From Craspedostauros australis (Eukaryota): 20,000 bases of DNA. Shown here piece by piece: positions 9,744 to 19,584 of the stretch (its first letter is position 1; every line of letters begins with the position of its first letter). The stretch is taken from positions 47,517 to 67,516 of the forward strand of contig JALAGF010004012.1 in assembly GCA_030167865.1 (NCBI GenBank), read 5' to 3'. A program made the translations under genes and the position numbers. Under the pieces are notes generated by a model. It was not told the DNA's origin. It saw nothing but the letters and a program-made list of their open reading frames with translations, and made no database searches.

Positions 9744-12700
9744 TCAGACAATGCCACCGTTGTCGCCCACGCCATCCTTGCTTTGGGCCTGCTCCTCCTC
9801 CTCTTCTGCGAGGTCATCGGAGAATTCGATTTCGATCATTTGTTCGCCGCATTGGTCGTGCTGTTCCTTCTTTGGCGTGTCGGTGGCAGCATCATCGCGC
9901 TGGGCATCGTGATCGGTGCCACTGGGACTGGAAAGCGATCGCTCGAAGGTGACCCTTGGGCTCCTGACGTTGCCGCCCTTCTTTTTCATGTGGCCGGTGG
10001 CGCCAGTGATGGGCGTGCTGCTTTCGATCGATTGGGACCTGCGGAACATGGCCTTGGGCTTGCCAGGCGATGCGAGAAGTCGCTTCGAATCTCCATGATC
10101 CGATCCCATCGAGGTTGACTTGAGGTATGCGCGACGGTGGCCGCTCGAGGGTGACATTCCAGCGGATGACGATCTGTAGTTGCTCGCCTTGGGAAGCGGT
10201 TCTATGTGACCGAACACGGAGCCGCGTCTGGATGGTTTGTCATGATGGACGACCTCCAGGTAATCTCGGAGCTCCTCACTGTCATCGTTTCCGAAATGCG
10301 GAAGGCTCTCCTTGAGCTGGCTCTTGCCGCAAATGCGGCAGATGGTCTGTGCCCACTGGAAGGCGATGTTCTTGGTGAGGTGACCCTGCTTCTCGTTCTC
10401 CTCCACCATGCGGTCCAGATGATGCTCGACGTCTTCGAGGTCGGTGTAGAAACGGAGCAACAGCGTGCCCTGTTCTGACACGAGCTTGAGCCGATCCTCC
10501 TTGATCTTGTGCCAGCGGAGATGGCGTGGCATGCTTGGGGTGACGTCCACTGGTTGCAAGGCAGAAGCAAGAACTTCGTCGACATCCTTCTGGGAAGCAT
10601 CGCTGTTGATGTTTTTGTTGTTGGCTGTCTTCTCCCAGAACTCGACGCGAGGTTCTGCACCCATGAAGTCGAAGTCGAAATGTTCGCTGAGGTCGGAGAT
10701 ATCATCGATTGGCATGTCGCGTTCGACATGCACCTCGCTGATTTCGGAGAGGTTCATGTGACCGACGATCTTTCGCCCCCTGGTGATGTCGCAAAGACGC
10801 AGGCCCTTGCCTCCCTTGGTGGCCTGGAGTGCCTGCAGGGCAGCATCCATGTTGTTGGACATCGCCTGGTCGTCACTGACCTCGAGGTAGACGATTTCGA
10901 ACTGAGTCATGATGACATCAACCGGCACCCATGTGTCCAGAAGCGGCAGCAAACGGCGGTCACAACGGCGCATGGATCGGACAATTCGTGCGCTGGGTGC
11001 GACGTAGGTGGAGAATTCATCCTCCCCTGCAGCTTCGTATGCCAGGCGCTCCAAGTCAACCTCGAACTCCAAAGGCTTCACGATTCGGGGCATGCCATCG
11101 GCGTGCTTGGGCGGTGTGGGGTCGAGGAGTGACACAGTGCCAACGCATGACTTCACTGGCTTTCCGAGCTTTCCGGCGATGATGATGCCCTGGGACTCGA
11201 CAGGCAGCTGCGCGTAGCGGGAGCCGATGAGTTTGAGGCGTTGCGCCGGTGCCGCGGAAGCGGCTGCTGCTCCCGAGCCTGCGTTTTTGGCAGCACCAGT
11301 GCCGTCCAGGTTGCTGATCAGGTGCGGCTGTTCGTCACCCTTCGATGGTCTGTTGTCTTCGCTGCCACGGCCTGAAATGTCGTTGAGGATTGGACCGCTG
11401 CTCAACTTTGGATCCTCCAGCTCCAAACCAAGCATCGCTCGGAACAGCTCTCCGCTGAACTCGCCATGCTTGGCGACGATGTCTGGGTACTTCATGACGG
11501 CCTTGTGCCAAAGCTCCAAGGCGCTGCCGCGCTCCTCGGTCATCGCTGTGCGCTCAGAGTCTGCGCCCAGGAGAAGTTCGCGGAAGGGCGACCTCTCCGT
11601 CTTGACGTGGTTGAGACTGTTCGAGATGTGCGCGCCATTCTTGGTTTCGCTGTCCTCGACGGATGTATCCTCCTGTCTCTGCTCGCCGGAGTTGGTCCAA
11701 TCGACGATCAACCGTGCGATCATGAATCGGAAGACGCGCAGGGCGATCAGGCCAGTGTACGGTTCGATGTGGCCGAGGCCACCGTAGGTGCGGACTCCCC
11801 ATGCCCGGCACACACAGAGGTAGATTGGATCGTAAAGGTTGTGCAGGTACGGATCGTAGTCGTCGTCGCCCTTGTCGTAATCCCCTGCCAGTCTTCTGTA
11901 GGATGGATCGCCCTCCAGGTACGAGCTGGGGGTGGTCTCTGCTTTGTCGCTGCCCGATTCGTAGCCAGATGCGCCGTTGTAGCTGCTGTCGCCGCCCTCG
12001 CAGCACCGCTCAGACTCTGCGTAAACCAGGATAGCCAAGCATGTGGAGGACAAGATCAAATCGATTGCGGCTGCGATCACTGCTATGCGCTCGCTCTTCG
12101 GGCTCGTCGTCTTGAACCGCATCAACCCAAGGACGATGAGAGATGCGATGATGAAGAAGATGTACCACACTGATTCCCACCAGAAGCTGACGCCGATCCT
12201 GAGCTCCCACGTCTGGTCACTGTTATCCAGGATCTTCTCCAGGGCCAGGAACGATTCGATGCGATTACCGATGAGGTAGTACACGACGACGCTGCCGAAG
12301 ACGTGGCTGATCGTGGCGTAGCGCTTGCCCATGAAGTAACGACGCAGGCGCATTCGGATGAGCGCTGGAGACAGCTGGGACATGAGGTCCGACATTTTGT
12401 CGCGCCACGTGCGCTGCACGTATTCGAACCGAACATTGGGCACGTCGGAGGCGGTCGAAGAGACGACCATGTCCACATCCACGTCGACCTCGGACAATTC
12501 GCCGACGGACTTGCCCGAATCCATAGAGGCTCTTTCATCGGAGGCATTGTCGTCCACATCGTCGTTTTTGCCGATGGTATTGTTGGCGGCCTTGTCAATG
12601 TTGGCATTGTTCTGCTTCTTGCCACTTCCGACTGGAACCATGTCAACGATGCGTTCATTTGCGTCATTGTCAGCATTGTTGCTGTTGATCCCGCTTCTAT

Positions 12701-14013
12701 CTGTGACATCATCGTTGCCCTCCAGATCGGCATTTGCATCGTGCATGGGGTCATCCTCGTGGTCGGAGTGGTGTTCCTCTTGCAACGGTCCGAGTCCACC
12801 CGGCAAGCCAGTATCCTGGACGGAATGATCCCGCCAGGACTGGATGATAGCAGACGCGGACACAGCCTTGTGACGGCTTGCACGGCGCGCTGCCTTGCGG
12901 TCGGCCCGTGTTGCAGGTCGTGTACCTCTCGCACCATGTACAGCAGCGATAGCAGCGGGCGTGTCACTTGCGCCAGCCTTGTTCAAACGGTCCAACGCGG
13001 AATCATCGAACGCTCTGTTGCCCATGTCCGCGCGATCCAAATGCGAGGCCTTGGTTCGCGGTGCAGATCCGAAGAAGTTGTCGTCGTTGTGCTCGTCGAC
13101 ACTTCCGAGGCCATTGGCCGTCCGGCCATTGTCAGAATCGAAGGAGCTGCTATTGGTGCTGGCCGTTCTGGATTGCAGGAAGCTTGGCGTTCCCATGGTT
13201 CGCATCATGGCAACACCATCCGACACAGTCTTGCGGTTGCGACGACGCGCCCGCGCTCGTTCCTGACGCGTTTGCAAGATGTTCCGCTCTTCTTCCGGCA
13301 AGCGTGATCGAAGCGCATCGGTGTCCGTCTTGACAAGTTTTGCCAGGAGCTGGGTCTTGTCGGACTCATCCTGCATCTGCTGCATCTGGAATATGGCGCC
13401 GGTCTTGCGATCCGCGCTGAGTGACTTCGTCAAGGGCCTCGCTCTCTGCGCACGGCTTCCAAAGCTCGCGCGCGTTTCTATGGTCATGTCGTCTTGGTAA
13501 CCGCCGGCGGCGCTGTTGGTGCCTGCGACGGTGTTCTCCGCTGCTGCGTTGGTGCTGCTGCAGAACATGACACCGCCGCGCCCATCCTGCAACATGAGCT
13601 CTCCTTCCTGCTGCTGCAAGATGGCGCGCAGCAACTTCTTTCGCTGCTGTTCACGCTGCGCCTTTGCGAGCTCGTGCTGCGCCAATGTTTGCTGCAGGTG
13701 CTTGGTTCGGATGAGATGTCCCATGCTGGTGCAGAGGGTGTACTGCGGGATGACCTTGCCCATGATGAAGCAGAAGACAGCGTAGCAGGACAGGACGGAG
13801 ATGAGGAAGTAGTACCACTCGATGGCTGCCTCCTTGGCGAGGTTCTGCCAGTAGATGAGGAGGAAGGCCAGGCAGATGGCGTAGCCGAACTGCATGACCT
13901 GGATGAGCGCGATGACGAGGTGCGGGTCACCTTGCCAGAACAGGTCGCGCTGCTGCTGCTTGTGGTATTGCTCCTCCTCTTCTCTCATGGACATACCGGG
14001 ACGTTTCCAGTTG
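9744..14013 (-). CDS. Exon 3 of the MLO-like gene (TM6-7, linker, VSD-like and PH-like domains, acidic tail)
   Basis: Open frame of 1423 codons to stop TGA at 9744-9746. Confidence 0.88.
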
Positions 14014-15568
14014 CTGTATTGATGCGTATTGTTTATGGAGGTGAAAGATATGAGCGTGGAGGTGAAGCAATACATGTGAGCTGTGTCGTGTCGTACTGCG
14101 AGGAAAGAGAATATGGAGTGCAATGCGCAGAGCAACTTACATGATGACAGAGAAGATGGATTTCATCTTGTTGTAGACGATGAGGGAGATGATGATGAAG
14201 CCGACGAGCGCCGCGAAGAAGACCGTCTTCATGACGATGCCGATCATCTCTGGATCCTCCGACTCGTAGACGACCATTCCGAGGATGTAGTACATGAGGT
14301 TGAGGGCGCCGATGAGAAGGAGCCACGCCACGGTGGAGATGTGGACGAGCTTGATGAGGACGGTGGACTCCGCCTTCTTGAGGTAGTCTGAGACCTTGAG
14401 TGTGAGGGGCAGACCGTTGGATTCCAGAAAGTGGATGCGTAGCTGGTGGAATCGCACCTGAATGAGGAGCTGGTTGTACTTGGCGACCTCCATGGGATAA
14501 CGGATGTTCATCCAGACGTTTCGCAATGCCTCGCGTATGCCGGAGCATGTGTAGTCAAAGGCGGTGAAGTACTTGCGGTTGTTCTCCACCATGTTGCGCC
14601 TTGTGGTGGTCATGCGCTTGATGTCGCTGTCCGTGGATGCATCGTCGGCGGGGTAGAGGCGGCTGTGCAAGCGTTCGAACTCCTCGCGGATCTCCACGTA
14701 GTGATCAATCTCCAAGGACTCCGTCTGCACCCAAAGCTTGTTGGAGACGCGCCACGACGCGAATGCGAGAAAGACGGACTGGAAGGCGTTGAAGATGGCG
14801 GTGTAGAAGAGGGTGAAGTGAACATCGGCAAAGACGAGCTCTCGTGGGACGTTGAGGTCCTTGTAGTACTTGACGAGGAGGAAGATGATGAGTTCCACGA
14901 TCCCCAGCGTGGACACTGTTGTGTGCGCGTGTGAAGAAGGGGAATGTAGCAGGGTAGAGTAGAGTATGGTGGTGATGCATATGCAGAGCGATGGTGAGAG
15001 GTGGCATAAGGAATGAGGAATGGGTGGGTAGAGAATGCTCCAGCATTGTATGATGGTGATAGAGTAGGAAGAGTGAAGAATGACAGACCACGCATCGCAC
15101 ACAAAGCATGGCATGAAGATGGTACTTACGTTCCTCCTTGACACCATCCAGGACGGAATGAAAGAAGGGACGGCCCTTGGCGGCAACGTCGAGATGATGC
15201 TTGACGATCTCCGCAATGATGAGAAGACCGAGCGTGATGATGCCGACGGCCAGGATGGAATAGTCGAGAGGTCTGCGGTACTCCGGACCTGCCAGCTGAC
15301 GTTGCGCGTGGTAGTCCTCATGGGTTTGATCGTACTGCGCAAAGAAGTTGACCTCCTCATGAGCACCCTGCGGATACTGGTATTGATTGTAGTCATTGTA
15401 TTGATTGTATTGATTGTGTCCATGGTGGTAGTGGTGGTGATGATGGTGGTGGTCCGTTGACACGAATGATGCAGAGAAGATGGAGGAGAAGAAGGAAAGG
15501 ATGCTCCAGTCGCCGCTGCCGTTGCTGTCGTTGGAGGAGAAGTACTCGTATCTCGCTCCGGATTCCAT
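9744..15568 (-). CDS. Three-exon gene join(15568..15130, 14915..14141, 14013..9744), ~1827 aa: MLO-like 7-TM domain + disordered linker + voltage-sensor-like 4-TM domain + split PH-like domain
   Basis: Two GTAAG...CAG introns join ORFs 14705..15895, 14137..15423 and 9744..14135 in frame (439+775+4270 = 5484 nt). Splicing creates KEELSTLGIVELII, matching the MLO KxELMLLGFISLLL motif. Further MLO-like motifs: VHFTLF, FHQLRIHF..DYLKK..LVHISTVAW, LFWQGDPHLVIALIQ, YTLCTSMG. Seven hydrophobic segments are present. Confidence 0.85.
14014..14140 (-). other. Spliceosomal intron 2 (127 bp, GT-AG) of the MLO-like gene
   Basis: Donor GTAAGT and acceptor AATACAG|C. AT+C = Ile, followed by NWKRPG in the frame of ORF 9744..14135. 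Confidence 0.85.
14141..14915 (-). CDS. Exon 2 of the MLO-like gene (TM2-TM5)
   Basis: In frame with ORF 14137..15423; high GC3 and hydrophobic helices; ends at AT|GTAAGT (phase 2). Confidence 0.85.
14916..15129 (-). other. Spliceosomal intron 1 (214 bp, GT-AG) of the MLO-like gene
   Basis: Donor GTAAGT, C/T/A-rich body, acceptor ACAACAG|TG. Removal restores the frame (C+TG = Leu) and the conserved KEEL..LG motif. Confidence 0.85.
15130..15568 (-). CDS. Exon 1 of the MLO-like gene (His/Tyr/Asn-rich N-terminus and TM1)
   Basis: Runs MESGARYEY...YSILAVGIITLGLLIIAEIVKHHL...GVKEE and ends at a C|GTAAGT donor (phase 1). An additional upstream exon cannot be excluded. Confidence 0.78.
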
Positions 15569-15583
15569 CTTGCCTGTCTCTGT

Positions 15584-15632
15584 CTGTGTTGTGTGTGTTG
15601 TGTGTGGTGTTGTGTTTGGCGTGTTGTGTCGT
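15584..15632. repeat. Degenerate GT/TGTTG microsatellite immediately upstream of the MLO-like start codon
   Basis: ctgtgttgtgtgtgttgtgtgtggtgttgtgtttggcgtgttgtgtcgt is directly visible. Confidence 0.7.
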
Positions 15633-16589
15633 TTGTTAAGACTGCGCTTTGCCGAAAGGAAGGAAGGAGGGAGAAGAATGAGATGAGATAGACCCAATGG
15701 AATTGAATGGAATTGGTTGCAGAACAAGAGAGTTGCAGATTGTGAGAGATGGTGAAGGGAGATGCAGATGATGAAAGCGCAATCGCAGTTGCAGACGCAG
15801 TTGATGGTCCAGAAGCAGAAGAAAGTGACGTCCGAGAATACTTGGATGAATGGGCAGATGAATGGACGAAAGGATCGCAGCTTGGCGGTATTCAATGTGG
15901 AGCAATCCAGATACAGGCCAGCTCAACTCAGCTCAGCTCAGCCTGGCTCGGTGCAATGTGCGAAAGAGAAAGGCCACTCACTCTGTGTCTCTCTGTTGGC
16001 TGCGGCCGTAGATGCGGCTGTAGCTGCTTCCACGAGTATTGGCTGACGTATATAATATGTATCTGTATCTGTGTTTGTACACGTCAACAACCAACAGGGC
16101 AGCCACCAAGTCGACGATCGGCAGTCGGAAGCTCGGTCAGAAGCCTGCGTTTGGGAGATGGGATGTGTTGCTATGTGTGCTTGTTTGTGTGCTTGCGTGT
16201 GCCGTTGTGGATGCGATGATGTGCGGGATTATGTGCCGCTTGTCCTCCTTCTGGTGCCTGTTCTCTGAGTAGGTACGAGTACTCGTGGGTAGGCGTGCCT
16301 CCTTCCTGCTGGGCACCTCCTCGACACCTTCTGAACGGCTTCTGAACAGCTTCTGCTTGGTGACGTCTTGACTTCTTCTTGTTGACTTGTTGCTGTCGCC
16401 GTTGCGAATCTTCCTGAATTTGAGTCAAAGTGGGATCAAGTCGAATCAAGTTGGAATCAAAGTGGAATGGAGGGCGGGGGGACTGTTGCTCGCAATTGCC
16501 GTTTGGAATCGTCTCTTGGGTTGGTTTTATGGGGAGTCTCAGTCGCGTGGATGCCTCCAACAACAGAGATTAGTAGTTGGTTGTATGGC

Positions 16590-16617
16590 ACTCTACTCTA
16601 CTCTACTCTACTCTGCT
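16590..16617. repeat. Pentanucleotide repeat (ACTCT)n, about 5 copies
   Basis: actctactctactctactctactctgct; related degenerate AGAGT runs occur near 14955 and 19186-19210. Confidence 0.85.
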
Positions 16618-17083
16618 CCTCCTATTCTCTATTCCGATTGCCTCTTCTCTTGATACGAGCCACGTGAACACAGATACTGGTCGCATCCCAAGACCTTTCC
16701 GAGGCTGTGTCCTGCGATGTTGCTTGGTTGCTGTGTTTCGGCACTTTCCGGAGCCGGCTTGCATCATCAAGTGTCCGGACTGTTGCCACCTCTTTGGACG
16801 GCGCGACCTTCTGTCTTGGTCGGTTTGGCGCCGTCAGCGGTCATGTCACTCGTGTTTCCTCTCTTCGTCTCCGTTTCCGTCTCTCCGTTGTTGCCGCCAC
16901 CGCGCATCGATGCCGCGACAAATCCGATTCTGCTTGCGCAAGCGGTCTTCGCCGCAATGCCGACGCACGTGTGCACAGTCACGCCCTTCCGGCATCCCTC
17001 GACGTGGTTGTTCCGTCTGCTTGGAATTGCGCGCCGGCAAGCGCCATTCTGTGTTGTGTTGCGTCATCACATCATAAGTCATG

Positions 17084-17177
17084 TGACGTCGGCACGGTTG
17101 TCATTCAACTTGATGACGTCGGTTGATTATCTTCTTCAACGCGGATGCCTTGACGTGATAATGAAGACATGACGTCA
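17084..17177. promoter_or_regulatory. Cluster of four TGACGT (bZIP/CRE/aureochrome-type) elements
   Basis: TGACGT at 17084, 17114 and 17151, plus the full palindrome TGACGTCA at 17170-17177, about 400 bp upstream of the glycosyltransferase ATG. Confidence 0.55.
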
Positions 17178-17567
17178 CGGCGGGAGTTCGCAAAGGAGGA
17201 AACGACATCAAGCCATCCACGATTAAATTTCGAAATTCGAAGAAGGTGCGCGTCGATACGGCTTTTTGATTATTCGTGACTCGATCAGTCAACCGAGACT
17301 CATATCGTGTTTGGATTCCACAAGGAATCATGTTGAGGTGTCAAATTCAACGGACACCTTCGACAAAGCGACCAACCTGTCCTCGATGATGTTGGATGCA
17401 GAGTGGACCACATTCCACCAACGCTGTCATCCGCCTACCCAACATGTAACCACTCCACTCTGCTCTGCAGAATACTCCACTAGCCTTGCCTCCACTCAGG
17501 ACGAACGCAATCAGCACCTTCCTATCTGCCTCTCTCCATCCCTTTCCATCTCGCGGTCATCAGAATC

Positions 17568-19040
17568 ATGGGAGATCAAGAAACCACCGAGCCCGACAAA
17601 CCCAGACGGAGCAATGTCGACAGACGGAAGACGACGGAAAAGAAGCTGTCCGTTCTCCCACTGGTGCTGTTGCTAGTCGCATTGCTGATCGCATCGCAAT
17701 TCGCGGTCGCTGCCAGACAGGAGAGCCGCAATGGCTCCCAATTTGGCATCGCTGATGCCATGGATGACCCCTTCCAATTGACCGAAGTGCTCACAGAAGC
17801 CTCGGATCCCAACCTCGTTCAGGAGCAATCGGGGTCATTCAAGGATGTCCCCATCGGAAGATACAACCAGAACAACGTCACAGCAGGAACAGGCATGGCA
17901 GCATGCATACTGTGGAAGGATGACAACCACAACCTCATCGAATGGCTCGCCTTCCACTACCACAACATGCCACTGCGACGACTCATTATGCATCCGGATC
18001 CACGTGCCAAGACATCGCCGATGGAGATACTCGAACGATACACATCTCGTGGAATGATCGATGTGGATATCTGGAATGCCACCGTCGTTCTTGGCGATGC
18101 TGCACTGTCCGATGAGCGGTACGAGGCCATGAATCCCAAACAGCAGACGGATTACTTCCGCGGTCGGCAGCAGGAGTTCATGAGGAAGTGCTTCTTGCAA
18201 TTGCATTCGGAGGGAAAGTGGTCATGGGTCTCGACGCATGACAATGACGAATTCCTCATTCCCAATCAGCACGTGATGCCGGAATATCGCGTTGGGATCT
18301 CAGTCGATGATTCGCAGTCGTATCAGCAATCGAGAGACACGGAAACGGCAACCAACACATCGACGGCAACACAAGCGTCTGCGAACAAGGCTACGATACT
18401 CCCAACGCTGGACCGTATCACGATGATGGAGCTCCTGGACTTGGGAAGGCAGTCCAATATCTCCGCCATGATCTCGAGTCCCTGTGTCGGTTTCCGCCGG
18501 TTGCTGTTTGGATCTCGCGAGAGGAGCCGTGATATCGCAGCAGCCAACACGACGGAATTCGAAGGCATGTCCACCACCTGGAAGCAATCCAAGTTCCACA
18601 CATACCGGTGGAACTGGCACCTTCCGTTTCAGAACAGCGGCATGGGAAAGGCTATCGTGGATGTATCCGGCATCGACCCAGAGAAGGATCTGGGCAACCG
18701 CGCTTGCAATCCGCACAGACCGATCAAGGCCATCTGCACGCAAGGGCAAGGTCACATGAATGCCAACTTGTCGCCAATCATAGTTCATCATTACGTCGGT
18801 GATCGGCATCACTTCACATTCCGCGAAGATCCCCGGGCTGGTTTGAAATGGACTCGGACGGACGAAGTGTACGACCGAAATATCAAGCTGTCCACGATCT
18901 TCGATACCAACACGCGAGGCTGGGTCTCGGGCTTTGTCAGGAGCGTGGGTCACGAGACGGCGCAAGCTTTGTTGCAGGGTATCGGCGAGCGTCATGATGC
19001 GGTTCCTCCTGCCGAATTACAGCCAACAGACACAAGATGA
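17568..19040 (+). CDS. Type II membrane glycosyltransferase, GT92/GT2-like (GT-A fold, diatom-expanded type), 490 aa
   Basis: Short cytosolic N-terminus and signal anchor LSVLPLVLLLVALLIASQFAVAA. Motifs AACILWKDDNHNLIEWLAFHY..PLRRLI..DP...SP, RQQEF..C, DxD motif HDNDEF (18240-18251), KAIVD, NPHRP, HHYVG and REDPR. Confidence 0.82.
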   Translation: MGDQETTEPDKPRRSNVDRRKTTEKKLSVLPLVLLLVALLIASQFAVAARQESRNGSQFGIADAMDDPFQLTEVLTEASDPNLVQEQSGSFKDVPIGRYNQNNVTAGTGMAACILWKDDNHNLIEWLAFHYHNMPLRRLIMHPDPRAKTSPMEILERYTSRGMIDVDIWNATVVLGDAALSDERYEAMNPKQQTDYFRGRQQEFMRKCFLQLHSEGKWSWVSTHDNDEFLIPNQHVMPEYRVGISVDDSQSYQQSRDTETATNTSTATQASANKATILPTLDRITMMELLDLGRQSNISAMISSPCVGFRRLLFGSRERSRDIAAANTTEFEGMSTTWKQSKFHTYRWNWHLPFQNSGMGKAIVDVSGIDPEKDLGNRACNPHRPIKAICTQGQGHMNANLSPIIVHHYVGDRHHFTFREDPRAGLKWTRTDEVYDRNIKLSTIFDTNTRGWVSGFVRSVGHETAQALLQGIGERHDAVPPAELQPTDTR

Positions 19041-19584
19041 AGTTCTGATCATTCTCAAGAGTTCAAACCAAAAGAGCAAGTGTATCCCTGTCACACAAAG
19101 TTCTCTCCGCCCATCGCAAGTCAGCGTTTCGTTGGCGCCATTTCTCCGAGTTTTGCGCCCATCACGCCGCTGCCACTATGGATAAGAGTCGAGTAGAGTG
19201 GAGCAGAGTGCTGTACGAGGAAGAGGAAGAGGACAAGTACGAATAAGAGTACGAGTTGAATACAAGTGGAGTGATATTGCGGTCTCATCCATTTGCTTGC
19301 TTCTTGTGTTGCATCCTTGTTACTCCGCGTACTTTACCCAAATCCGCTCTGTGACAGAGATGGCGGGGGCGGAGTAGAGTGGAAGATAGAGTGAGATGGG
19401 GATCTTCACCATGGGCTTCCTCGATTTTCATGTGGGTAGGAGGTGACCTCTCATCCAGCGCGACATGAAACGACCAGGCTTGGCAACCATAGACTTGCTG
19501 CCATCTTGTGTGAATGCACTCCCCTTTTTCGCAAGTGCCCCCGATTGATGATCGATTGGTCGGAAGTGACGCTGCCGACCCATT

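Noticed and set aside
12303-13307. 334-aa plus-strand ORF and similar ones across 10200-15460
   Set aside because: Antisense shadows of the MLO-like gene.
14096-14097. Alternative acceptor (TTCCTCGCAG) within intron 2
   Set aside because: It would give a ~45-nt intron and shift exon 3 out of frame.
17229-17244. TTCGAAATTCGAAGAA as a heat-shock element
   Set aside because: Spacing does not fit nGAAnnTTCn.
15749-17331. ORFs of 65-166 aa between the MLO-like and glycosyltransferase genes
   Set aside because: Cys/Arg/Leu-rich, repeat-derived, with no family motifs; treated as promoter/UTR.
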